In this document: in pieces, positions 55,411-63,756 of the stretch
Layout: each line of letters opens with the position of its first letter
Position numbering within the stretch: the stretch's first letter is position 1
Virus record (IMG/VR): IMGVR_UViG_3300027858_000005
Coordinates: 3 to 64,002 of that record
Reading direction: 5' to 3' (one strand)
Origin: a virus
Length of the DNA stretch: 64,000 nt
Made by a program: the position numbers and the translations under genes
Notes under the pieces: model-generated
The model's input: the letters and a program-made list of their open reading frames with translations, nothing else
The model's database searches: none
Told to the model about the DNA's origin: nothing

Positions 55411-55715
55411 GACTTCGCCCGCTGTTTTGTCAACAGAACTTTGCGCAGGTCAATCAAATACCGCTTTCGGTCGGCTTCGTCTTCAGTCAGCGCGCGCCGT
55501 TCCCTGATGGTACGCAATAACTTCAATTCCAGTTCGACGCGTTGCAGGTCAAGTTCAATATTGCCCGCTATCATTTCCGAGATTATCGCGGCGTGCTGTT
55601 TCTCGCGCTGGTTCTGGTCGTAGGCGTAAGCACCGCCCATCAACCCCAAAAAAACGCAAACGGTCGTGATAACACTGCCATAAATCTTTTGTGTTGTGGT
55701 CGCTTTAAAATTCAT
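55407..55715 (-). CDS. Membrane-anchored coiled-coil protein between the two gp7-like parts
   Basis: TM ITTVCVFLGLMGGAYAY; AAGGAG RBS inside the upstream gene end. Confidence 0.65.
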   Translation of the reverse strand: MNFKATTTQKIYGSVITTVCVFLGLMGGAYAYDQNQREKQHAAIISEMIAGNIELDLQRVELELKLLRTIRERRALTEDEADRKRYLIDLRKVLLTKQRAKS

Positions 55716-56044
55716 GGCAAATTCTCCTTGACGATTTTGACGGCGGTTTTCGCCTCGACCCGGGCTATTCGACGCCCAGCAGCTTTGATAATTCCGTTGA
55801 TTTCTGAATACGCGGTTCTGGTAGCGATGCCCACTTCACGGTTCAGTTTGACAAGGCGACGCGCCCGGGCTTTGACTTGCTTGGTTCCGTTAACGTCAAT
55901 GCGAAGCATTAGCATCACGATTTCGGTTTCGAGTTGGTCAAGGCGGGTGTCGACTTCCCGGCGAACAGCGGCGTCGGCGCGCTTGTACCGGATGTCCTGC
56001 GCGATTATGTCATCACGTATCGATTCGGCGGCTGTTTCGGGCAT
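55712..56044 (-). CDS. Minor head protein N-terminal part
   Basis: ESIRDDIIAQDIRYKR...ARARRLVKL helical pattern, like gp7-family N-termini. Confidence 0.6.
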   Translation of the reverse strand: MPETAAESIRDDIIAQDIRYKRADAAVRREVDTRLDQLETEIVMLMLRIDVNGTKQVKARARRLVKLNREVGIATRTAYSEINGIIKAAGRRIARVEAKTAVKIVKENLP

Positions 56045-56093
56045 TAATATTTCCTGCGACGTTGCCTTTTTTGTTTGCGTTTCTTTTTCGACA

Positions 56094-56618
56094 TCAATGA
56101 AGCTTCCGGTGATCTGGTGGTAAAAGGTCTTCTACCAGATCGATAATAGCCGCCTTCGACGCTGGCGTCAAAGCGGTGTCGCCTGCCGGACCTGTCGCCC
56201 CGGTGTCGCCCTTCGGCCCGGGTGGTCCGGGTTCGCCTTTGGCACCAGTTGCCCCGGGTTCGCCTGTCAAAACTAATGGGTCTGGGTAATTATGCTGATG
56301 ATCTTTCAAATCATTAAACTGCTGTTGCAGGTCGGCAAGCTGATCCATCAATTGTTCGTTCAACATGCCTTTCGTTGTGTCGATTGGCGCGGGGTCTACG
56401 ACACCGATTCCGATTGCCGCTTCTTTGATGAAGTTTTCGTCAACCGCCTGACCAACGACGACCGTTGAAGCCGCACCATAGAACAGAATTTTGAGTGTTA
56501 CGAAAACGCGCTTCAACCACAACGCCGCATCCCACCAACGCTTTAATTTCTCGATGAACGTTAGTGCTTCTTCGACGTCATCGGTTTCGACGTAATCCAG
56601 CCCGGGTGTCATAGTCAA
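56094..56618 (-). CDS. Membrane protein with collagen-like (GXY)n repeat
   Basis: TM VFVTLKILFYGAASTVVV; GEPGATGAKGEPGPPGPKGDTGATGPAGD. Confidence 0.8.
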   Translation of the reverse strand: MTMTPGLDYVETDDVEEALTFIEKLKRWWDAALWLKRVFVTLKILFYGAASTVVVGQAVDENFIKEAAIGIGVVDPAPIDTTKGMLNEQLMDQLADLQQQFNDLKDHQHNYPDPLVLTGEPGATGAKGEPGPPGPKGDTGATGPAGDTALTPASKAAIIDLVEDLLPPDHRKLH

Positions 56619-57052
56619 TCCCCTATCAGAAAAGTAGCACCGACGCCGACCGCGACTTCGTCGTCGTCTTCGATCCAGCCCACTTTACCCACGGCTAGAA
56701 ATTCACCTTCTTCGGTTTCAATCAGCTTGGCGAGCCCCAGCGATACGGAATTCTTTCCGCTGTAATGACCGACGCCGACGCCGACTTGTGTTTTGCGTGT
56801 GCCGTGTGAAAACTCAATTGCCGAAATTGCCATTGACGTCGCCATAATCGAATCTATTGTGTCGTCGTCCAGTTTGTAGCTGATCCCATCGAGCCCGTTC
56901 ACGCCGTCCGCCCCGTCTTGTCCGTCTTGTCCGTCAACACCGTCGGCCCCGGCTTCGTGCGTGTGGTGCGGGTCGGTCGCGCTCGCTTCTTTAAAAATGC
57001 CGTATGTGATCACGATCAAGGCTAGTAACACGATAATATTCAGTTTCATCAT
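56615..57052 (-). CDS. Mini trimeric autotransporter: signal peptide, short collagen stalk, YadA-like anchor
   Basis: GADGVDGQDGQDGADG; ATSMAISAI...VGVGVGHYSGKNSVSLGL...VGVGATF. Confidence 0.8.
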   Translation of the reverse strand: MMKLNIIVLLALIVITYGIFKEASATDPHHTHEAGADGVDGQDGQDGADGVNGLDGISYKLDDDTIDSIMATSMAISAIEFSHGTRKTQVGVGVGHYSGKNSVSLGLAKLIETEEGEFLAVGKVGWIEDDDEVAVGVGATFLIGD

Positions 57053-57552
57053 TTATCCGGGTTCGGTAATCGGCGGTTGAATTGGTGCCTGCTGTGGCGG
57101 ATTTTCCGACCCGAATCATCGCGGACAACGGGCGGCGGTGTTTCAACGGACGCGGTCGGGTCGTCAACTTCGAAGTCAAAATCGGTCGGCGGTCCGGGCG
57201 GAATAGTGGTTAACACGAATTTCGATACCGTGTTCGAAGGCTCCGATTCTGCGTCCGCTTTAATACTCCAAGAAGTCATATAGCAAAACAGTTCACCGCC
57301 GGGGACGTCGTCGTAACTGGCGGCGGCGGTCGTGTAGCCGTAAACGACTTTGTTGTATACGATCTTCGGCGACCCGTCGCCTTGATCAACGGTGCAGTAA
57401 ATACGATATTCGTCAATGACCCAGTCGGACGGAACAGGCGCATTGAATGCGGGGTTCGGAATTATCCAAGTGAACTTAGCTGATCCAAGTGGTGTTTGCG
57501 CGCTGACGTGAGAACAAAACGAGAACAACAGCAACAACAGTAATTTCTTCAT
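57049..57552 (-). CDS. Secreted fibronectin type III-like protein
   Basis: Signal MKKLLLLLLFSFCSHVSA; FTW..P, YRIY, ESEPSN, PPGPP. Confidence 0.65.
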   Translation of the reverse strand: MKKLLLLLLFSFCSHVSAQTPLGSAKFTWIIPNPAFNAPVPSDWVIDEYRIYCTVDQGDGSPKIVYNKVVYGYTTAAASYDDVPGGELFCYMTSWSIKADAESEPSNTVSKFVLTTIPPGPPTDFDFEVDDPTASVETPPPVVRDDSGRKIRHSRHQFNRRLPNPDK

Positions 57553-59222
57553 TGTGAAACCGTTCCTGTCGGGTCGTCTTCGCCTGCGCCGCCCCTGTCG
57601 GTTGCTGCAACGTTCGCCTTCAAGCCGTGTTCATGACCCGGGCCTTCGGATGTTTCGGGGCTGTTCGGTTCCCATTTGTGCCGGTGCCCGTCAACGCTGT
57701 TCGTCCAGCCGTTCGCCTGCAAAATATGCGTGTGCCCGTCGGCGGGCGCTGTTTCGTCGCCAACGTGATTCGCGGCGTCGGCTTCTTCTCCTGTGATGCC
57801 CGGTTGATTGTCTTGGTATTCAAGATCAAGTAAGTCAATTTCGACTTCTGGGTCAAAATCATCAGATAGCAGATTGCGCCGTTTAAGTTCATCCCAGTAT
57901 GAAAGCTGACTGATATCGCCCCGCCCGCGCATCGCGTCCAGTGCCTTAATGTCGTCGCCGTCGCGCATTGTGATTGAGAAATCTTTGTAAAGCGTGACAG
58001 AACCGCCCGCATCTTCGCCAAGGTTCAGGATCACACCGAACAAATCGAACATCATTTCAAGCTGGTTTTCCAGATGCCTTGCAAACATGGCGAGCGGTGA
58101 ATCGGATTCTGATTGATCCAGCGTGCGCGCCGTTGCGGTCGTGTCCCCGGCTTGGCGCTTGACCACCATGTTCAAACCGAGTTTCGCGATTCGTTGTTCG
58201 AGCGTTTCCAAATCTTTCGCCCCGGCTTCGATGCCGTGCCCGGAATGCTCGACGAATTCCAGCGTCGACCCTTGCGGACCCCGGGTCATTGAATTCGGGC
58301 CTACTTCAATACGGAAATCAACACGTTCATCATTACCCAGACCAGCGCCGAACAGTATGGGCACGCGGGCAACGTGCAGGATGTGCCGTTGATCGCTGTC
58401 GCTTTGCCAGTGCGCAATATTCAGGTAGCCAACGTCGAGCATGGTTGGCGTGCCCAGCATGAAGCCGACATGCTTGCCATATACCGGAATCAGGGGGATG
58501 ACTTCAAGGTCGGTCGGCATATCAGATTCGAGTAGCCATTCTTCTTCTTTGGTGTCTTTGTCAACGACCAAAACGTAAACCCGGTGCCGCCCGATTTCCC
58601 AGACGTGAATTCGCTTGACGTTTACTTGTGCAAATTCGTCGCCCGGTACATCTTCTTCGTTTTCCATCAGTATTCGGGCTTGTGTCAAGATGACTTGCCC
58701 GTCGACAACCTCGGTTTTGAAGCCCAGAACTTGCGGCGCTTTTACATGGATTGCATACGGTCGCAATTCCCCGGTCAGCACATCGGCCCGGGTAACTTCC
58801 CGCCCTTCTCGATCTTCGATGACTTCTTTGTTCGGGCTGTCAACTAGCATATAGGTAACGCCGTGATTCATCGCCCAGAATCCAATTCGCTTTGTCCATT
58901 CGTTGATGTCAGTGCCAGCGGCGTCAATGTCGTCTTGATATTGTGCGATAGTCGGCGGGACATCTTCACCCAGAACGACAGGCTGTTTCATGATCTTACC
59001 GATCAGCTTGTTCAGGGTGTCTTCGTACAGCGGCGTCAATACAGAACGCGACAACCGCGATTTGTAAGCGGGTTCAGATTCGGCGGGTTCTTGTGGAAGG
59101 TACGTGGTCCCAGCGGCGCGCATCGCGCGGGTTCCGCCGGTCAGGGTGTTGACTAAATCCCATACAGGCTTCTGCGCTTCCCATTGGGCGGACGGTTGTG
59201 CAACCGAATTCTTTTCTGTCAT
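57549..59222 (-). CDS. Portal protein (DUF4055-like) with His-rich C-terminal extension
   Basis: GGTRAMRAAGTTYLP, YKSRLSRS, NIAHWQSDSD, LHVARVP; follows terL. Confidence 0.93.
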   Translation of the reverse strand: MTEKNSVAQPSAQWEAQKPVWDLVNTLTGGTRAMRAAGTTYLPQEPAESEPAYKSRLSRSVLTPLYEDTLNKLIGKIMKQPVVLGEDVPPTIAQYQDDIDAAGTDINEWTKRIGFWAMNHGVTYMLVDSPNKEVIEDREGREVTRADVLTGELRPYAIHVKAPQVLGFKTEVVDGQVILTQARILMENEEDVPGDEFAQVNVKRIHVWEIGRHRVYVLVVDKDTKEEEWLLESDMPTDLEVIPLIPVYGKHVGFMLGTPTMLDVGYLNIAHWQSDSDQRHILHVARVPILFGAGLGNDERVDFRIEVGPNSMTRGPQGSTLEFVEHSGHGIEAGAKDLETLEQRIAKLGLNMVVKRQAGDTTATARTLDQSESDSPLAMFARHLENQLEMMFDLFGVILNLGEDAGGSVTLYKDFSITMRDGDDIKALDAMRGRGDISQLSYWDELKRRNLLSDDFDPEVEIDLLDLEYQDNQPGITGEEADAANHVGDETAPADGHTHILQANGWTNSVDGHRHKWEPNSPETSEGPGHEHGLKANVAATDRGGAGEDDPTGTVSQ

Positions 59223-60661
59223 ATCTCGACCTGCTGGACAACGGCACCCCGAGAAAACACGGGGTAAGCTTTAGCGATATAATAGCCGACCGAGTCAGTT
59301 AAATGCGTTAACTTCGGGTCTGCCTTCTTGTCTAATTCGCCGCTGCCTCCCGCGAGAAGGCGAACACCTTCAAAATCTTTCACGGTTTGCGGGGCAGTAT
59401 TCGGGTCAACCATCATCTGAATTTCGCCGTCGCCAGTCTTCAGCCGTGTGTTTACCGCGTTGATTCTAGCACGTTCCGTCGGATTACTGCTAGGGACTTG
59501 CAAATGCACCCTTTTATTCCCGAAATGTTTGTACAACGCTTTTTCGATTAAGTCCCAATCAGACCCTTCAGTCTGGGCACTGCCCCGGCTTCCCCCGGTA
59601 GCATCGCCGTATAAATAAACATGCCCTTTGTGATCGCCCCAATCTTCGATAACCTTCCTGCATACTGCCGGGGTGTTGCTGTTGCGCGGTATATGAACTT
59701 CGCCGATTATCGCGGTCCCGGTCGACGCTGGGCGCGTCACATTAACGAACATTTCCCGCCCTTTTACCATGACCGGGGCAGCGGTTTCAATCACCCGGGG
59801 GAATTTCAATTCTTGCACAATGACACAAACACCCGGGTCAACGTTGAAATCGAAGCACAATATCAGGTCTGATGCTGGGTTGTAATGCTCTCGAAGATTG
59901 GTGCAATGCAGATGTCGTTCGAATGGGTAATACGCCTGCCCTTCGAAATTAACAAAACTTGCTTCGTATTCCTGCCGGAACGTAAGCGGGTCGAGTGATC
60001 TACGGGCTGACTCGATTTCCGCTTCGGGCAGTATGTCAGAACTGAACCATGTAAACGCGTCCCAGTCCCCGCCGTTGTCAACATGCAGCGCACCCAGCGC
60101 GTCGTTATAGGTGTCGTAGTAGTGATTCCGCCCTTCTGGTACGCCGATCAACCAACACCAGCCCGTTCGATCTGACAAAGACGGGCGAACATTTTCGCCC
60201 CATGCGTTCGGCTTCATGTTGGCGTATTCGTCCAAAACGCCGCCGTCCCACGGGGAACCTTCTATTCGCTGGGGCTTGTCCATTCCGACAACTGACAGCA
60301 TCGCCCCGGTTTTGTACCAGATGGTTAATTCCGTTTCACTGGTGCGCCAGACGAATTGCCGTGGCGACATGGCTTTCAGGTCATCCCAGTATATGCGCTT
60401 TGCTTGGTCGCGGGTCGGTGCCGCTGCAAAGTAGTTCGGATTATCAAAACTGCTGCGCCCTGATAAACATTCTTCGACTAGTTTACGCTTTGCCCGTTCG
60501 GTCTTACCAGAACGCCGCCCTGCTGGCACAACCTTGAAGCGCGCCATACTGAACCATAATCGAGATTGTTCGGCGTGGTACTTTAAAGCGTTCCAGCGTT
60601 TAGTTAATAGTCCGCTTTTGTCCGGCAGCTTCGACGCCGTCGCCCGGTTCCTGTAACCCAT
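59219..60661 (-). CDS. terL: Terminase large subunit
   Basis: AGRRSGKT, APTRDQAK, LDEYA, IGVPEG, QEYEASF, DFNVDP, HLTDSVGY. Confidence 0.95.
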   Translation of the reverse strand: MGYRNRATASKLPDKSGLLTKRWNALKYHAEQSRLWFSMARFKVVPAGRRSGKTERAKRKLVEECLSGRSSFDNPNYFAAAPTRDQAKRIYWDDLKAMSPRQFVWRTSETELTIWYKTGAMLSVVGMDKPQRIEGSPWDGGVLDEYANMKPNAWGENVRPSLSDRTGWCWLIGVPEGRNHYYDTYNDALGALHVDNGGDWDAFTWFSSDILPEAEIESARRSLDPLTFRQEYEASFVNFEGQAYYPFERHLHCTNLREHYNPASDLILCFDFNVDPGVCVIVQELKFPRVIETAAPVMVKGREMFVNVTRPASTGTAIIGEVHIPRNSNTPAVCRKVIEDWGDHKGHVYLYGDATGGSRGSAQTEGSDWDLIEKALYKHFGNKRVHLQVPSSNPTERARINAVNTRLKTGDGEIQMMVDPNTAPQTVKDFEGVRLLAGGSGELDKKADPKLTHLTDSVGYYIAKAYPVFSRGAVVQQVEI

Positions 60662-61262
60662 TGACTGAATTCATTTCCTGTAATACCCGTTGAATCGATG
60701 CCGCTGTTTCTTCCGGCGGTGTGGTGTCGTTGTCACCCTTGCCGAGAATTCCCATCATGACGGCTAGGTCGTTGTTTGCTTTGTGCTGGTCGTGCAATTC
60801 AAGATCGACGTTCCGTTCGCCCCGGGCGTTATGCGTGATCTTTATTTTTTTGATGCACTGGCGTTGTTCCTTGGTCAGTTGGTCAAGCGGAACAAGTTGA
60901 TAATCGCCGATGAAATAATCACCGACGTCGGAGTCAGCCCAGAGTGACCAGCGAGCAATGACCGATTCTTCGTTCTCGCCAGATACACGCAACAGGCGAC
61001 GCAGTTCAATTTCGACAACCCGGCGAACAGCTTCAAGCTGGAAAAGGTACGGACCGGAAGTCGGCGACATGCCCGCCGCTTCGGCGGCTTTCTTGGCGTC
61101 ACCCAGCCGCGCCATGTGATAACAAAATTCACGCCTTCCCGTAGTCCAGTTAAAATCTGTATTTATTTCATCGGGTATCGACAGGTGCAGGTCGATTTCT
61201 TCTTCAGACATATAACGCTTCTCGCGGTTTGGTTTCTCACCAGTATTCGCAGTTTGTTCCAT
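60600..61262 (-). CDS. terS: Terminase small subunit
   Basis: Upstream of terL; DAKKAAEAAG HTH, IKKIK, LELHDQHKA. Confidence 0.8.
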   Translation of the reverse strand: MEQTANTGEKPNREKRYMSEEEIDLHLSIPDEINTDFNWTTGRREFCYHMARLGDAKKAAEAAGMSPTSGPYLFQLEAVRRVVEIELRRLLRVSGENEESVIARWSLWADSDVGDYFIGDYQLVPLDQLTKEQRQCIKKIKITHNARGERNVDLELHDQHKANNDLAVMMGILGKGDNDTTPPEETAASIQRVLQEMNSVNGLQEPGDGVEAAGQKRTIN

Positions 61263-61264
61263 TC

Positions 61265-61665
61265 GGGCGAAAATTGCAATTTCCTATAAGTAAACGGAAT
61301 TTCAAACTATCTAAGCAGGTATACCCAAAAAAAAAGTTTTCGCGTGCACGTGGCATGTATGTATTTTTACAATATTTTGAGAACAAAACGAGAAAATGAG
61401 AACAAAACGAGAAAATGATATAGGTTTAATCTATACTAAACACACTTCATATAGAGAACAAAACGAGAACCTGTCAGATTATGAACACCCATTAAGAGCA
61501 GAATTATAACAACAAAACTTCAAATTCCTTTTTGATTTTCTGCGTTCACCGTACTGTAAACAATATACCCTGTTATAAAATCACGAATAATATTCACACT
61601 CTGAGGTTTACATAAATAACGTTTACCCTATAGGAGATTACAATTTTCGAGAACAAAACGAGAAC
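61265..61665. repeat. AT-rich control region B with iteron-like repeats and a ~29-bp imperfect inverted repeat
   Basis: GAGAACAAAACGAGAA at 61379, 61398, 61454, 61649; IR arms 61268-61295 and 61621-61649. Confidence 0.8.
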
Positions 61666-61676
61666 TTATCGCCCAC

Positions 61677-61699
61677 AAAAAAGCCCCGATTTCCGGGGC
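61677..61699 (-). terminator. Rho-independent terminator
   Basis: GCCCCG/CGGGGC plus U6. Confidence 0.8.
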
Positions 61700-61728
61700 A
61701 ATTCTGTTCTATTTCAACCTGCGATCTG

Positions 61729-61968
61729 TTAAACAGTTCGTGAAGCGCGCATCATGGGAGCCATGCTGTATCGACCCAACGGCAACATAGTTTCTTCGCC
61801 GTCGTGAACTGTGACCTTGCTGCGAACATCGCCGTGACCAACAACGTACATGGTAACAAACTTGTCAGTACGCTTGACGACAGTTCCCAACCAAACACAA
61901 TCATAGTCACAAACAGAACGCATTTCGTAAGTGGGTCCAACTTCAAATTTTACAGTTTCGTTACTCAT
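61729..61968 (-). CDS. Small early protein
   Basis: RSVCDYDC, LPLGRYSMAP motif; under P13. Confidence 0.75.
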   Translation of the reverse strand: MSNETVKFEVGPTYEMRSVCDYDCVWLGTVVKRTDKFVTMYVVGHGDVRSKVTVHDGEETMLPLGRYSMAPMMRASRTV

Positions 61969-62003
61969 TTAATTTCCTTTCTTCGTTTCGTTTAAGTGTA
62001 ATA

Positions 62004-62031
62004 ATTATAACACTCTTACCAGAATTGTCAA
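62004..62031 (-). promoter_or_regulatory. Repeated early promoter P13
   Basis: TTGACA-N16-TATAAT. Confidence 0.88.
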
Positions 62032-62049
62032 GCTTTTATAACAATTATT

Positions 62050-62337
62050 TTAACCTAATTTAATGACGTCCCCGGGCTTGTAAACCGTCTTGTACTTCTG
62101 GTCTTCTTTGTACAAGTCCAGCATTTCGACGAACAGGTCGGCCCAGCCTTCAACACTGAATGATGTGATGTGCGCAGTGTAAACCGTCGTGCCGTAGAAG
62201 CCAGCAAGCATCATTTGCGTGCTGTAGTCATCCGAAACAAAGTGGTAACAGCCGACATTTGAGTCGCCTTCAAGCCCGATGTCGAGCCCTGTACGACGTT
62301 TGATTTCTTTGCTGATGTTGGTGCGTGTTACTCTCAT
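62050..62337 (-). CDS. Small early protein
   Basis: AGAAAGGA RBS. Confidence 0.72.
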   Translation of the reverse strand: MRVTRTNISKEIKRRTGLDIGLEGDSNVGCYHFVSDDYSTQMMLAGFYGTTVYTAHITSFSVEGWADLFVEMLDLYKEDQKYKTVYKPGDVIKLG

Positions 62338-62357
62338 TTCGTTTATTCCTTTCTGGT

Positions 62358-62567
62358 TTAGATGTATTCGCGGCCTTTGATCTTGCGAACGATGCGCGTC
62401 ATTACCGACGGCTTATTCAAGTCACAAAACAGTTGAAAACATTTGCGGCCATCTTCAAAAGAATCAAACTTGATAGTGTGGTCTTTTGTGATAACGACAT
62501 ACTGTCCGCTATCCAGATCGTGTCCTAATTTGCCGCCTTCGTAAGTTGTTAAGTTCTTGATATTCAT
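62358..62567 (-). CDS. Small early protein
   Basis: Under P14. Confidence 0.72.
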   Translation of the reverse strand: MNIKNLTTYEGGKLGHDLDSGQYVVITKDHTIKFDSFEDGRKCFQLFCDLNKPSVMTRIVRKIKGREYI

Positions 62568-62593
62568 TTCGTTTTTCCTTTCTAAGTGTTATA

Positions 62594-62621
62594 ATTATAG
62601 CACTCTTATCAGAACTGTCAA
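62594..62621 (-). promoter_or_regulatory. Repeated early promoter P14
   Basis: TTGACA-N16-TATAAT-TATAACAC. Confidence 0.88.
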
Positions 62622-62669
62622 GCTTTTTTGTAATATTTATTACAATTAATTTCGTTTTATTACACCCAT

Positions 62670-62691
62670 AAAAAAGCCCCGTTTCCGGGGC
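62670..62691 (-). terminator. Rho-independent terminator
   Basis: GCCCCG-GAAA-CGGGGC plus U6. Confidence 0.8.
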
Positions 62692-62698
62692 TGGTTAG

Positions 62699-62965
62699 TT
62701 ATTGCGGGGGCTTGCCATCAACCCAAAGGTCACGATTCTGTTCAGTGAGTTTCGAAGGGTCGATGCCTTTGACGTTGTCAAGTATCATCTTTCTGCGATA
62801 GCTTGTGATGCTGACCACACCGTCGTATTTAGTCAAGTAGCCGGTAGTACCGTAAAGCGGCTTTCCGTTTTCCTTGCGAACCCACTTCGGTTGATCGCCA
62901 CAGTTTTTGATTTCGACGTTCAGGGTGACTTCTTTGTTGTTGCGGGTTCCGGTAATTGTTGTCAT
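62699..62965 (-). CDS. Small early protein
   Basis: Single gene between P15 and a terminator. Confidence 0.75.
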   Translation of the reverse strand: MTTITGTRNNKEVTLNVEIKNCGDQPKWVRKENGKPLYGTTGYLTKYDGVVSITSYRRKMILDNVKGIDPSKLTEQNRDLWVDGKPPQ

Positions 62966-62999
62966 TTCGTTGTTCCTTTCTGCTTGTTTAAGTGTAATA

Positions 63000-63027
63000 A
63001 TTATAACACAATTACCAGAACTGTCAA
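63000..63027 (-). promoter_or_regulatory. Repeated early promoter P15
   Basis: TTGACA-N16-TATAAT. Confidence 0.88.
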
Positions 63028-63173
63028 GCTTTTGTAGGCTTTTTTATGAAGTTTTTCAATGTGATGTAATGACCTTTCCATCGATCACGCTCGATCTTCA
63101 GGTTGTGAACTTCGACCTTCAACGTTTCAATTTCACGTTCCAGCCGCCGAACGTAGCCGCCTTTGAAAATCAT
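63024..63173 (-). CDS. 49-aa coiled-coil peptide (not in track)
   Basis: MIFKGGYVRRLEREIETLKVEVHNLKIERDRWKGHY...; its TGA lies in the P15 -35 box. Confidence 0.5.
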   Translation of the reverse strand: MIFKGGYVRRLEREIETLKVEVHNLKIERDRWKGHYITLKNFIKKPTKA

Positions 63174-63223
63174 TTCTTCCGCACCCTAGCTTTCCGCTGC
63201 CTTGATCTTGTCTAATTTAGCCA

Positions 63224-63565
63224 TCACTTCAACCTTTCTTCCAGCATTTCGAAAGCCCCGGGCGGTATCTTCTGTTCGGCTTTCAGCCATCGATACAGCG
63301 TGCGCAGGTCAACGGAAAAGAAGACTTGCGCATCTGGCAGCTTCAGCCCCGCACGCGCCATCAGCACGAACAGGTCTTCTTCTGGTTCCATCTTCACCGC
63401 ACGGGCCGGGAATTTTTTTCGCAGGTCAGCAGGCAACCCACGCGCCCCGGTTTCCCATTGTGAAATGCAGCCTTGTGACACGCCGTGACGTGCCGCCGCA
63501 TCTTCTTGTGTTTCGCCTTGGCGGCGACGTTCAATCGTAAAATGTTCGTGACTTTGTAGTTTCAT
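63224..63565 (-). CDS. Tandem helix-turn-helix DNA-binding protein (XRE-like)
   Basis: QEDAAARHGVSQGCISQWETG and AQVFFSVDLRTLYRWLKA. Confidence 0.8.
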   Translation of the reverse strand: MKLQSHEHFTIERRRQGETQEDAAARHGVSQGCISQWETGARGLPADLRKKFPARAVKMEPEEDLFVLMARAGLKLPDAQVFFSVDLRTLYRWLKAEQKIPPGAFEMLEERLK

Positions 63566-63756
63566 ATTTCACCTTCTGTTTTAAAAAAGTCAATGTCGTT
63601 AAGAATATGCGCTGACGCGGCGTTTTCTTTAATCTCGTTTAGCACATTGTCAGCACTTGCGCGCCCAGCATCCCAGCCAACGCGGCACGCTGCAAGATCA
63701 TACTTTGCCCAGTGTTTCGCGGGCAGTGTTTCGACCCATTCGTCAAATGTCATCAT
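63562..63756 (-). CDS. Hypothetical protein
   Basis: TFDEWVE..., coupled overlap. Confidence 0.6.
   Translation of the reverse strand: MMTFDEWVETLPAKHWAKYDLAACRVGWDAGRASADNVLNEIKENAASAHILNDIDFFKTEGEI

Noticed and set aside
59700-59820. Intein or intron in terL
   Set aside because: The insertion is short (~30 aa), lacks Cys/Ser-start and His-Asn-end splicing motifs, and the frame is uninterrupted
61379-61470. CRISPR mini-array
   Set aside because: The repeats are 16-19 bp, irregularly spaced, partly tandem and non-palindromic, with no spacer-length regularity and no cas genes
3888-63027. Promoter/RBS repeats as CRISPR repeats, attC sites or IS ends
   Set aside because: They match sigma70 -35/-10 plus Shine-Dalgarno elements; no integrase or transposase is present
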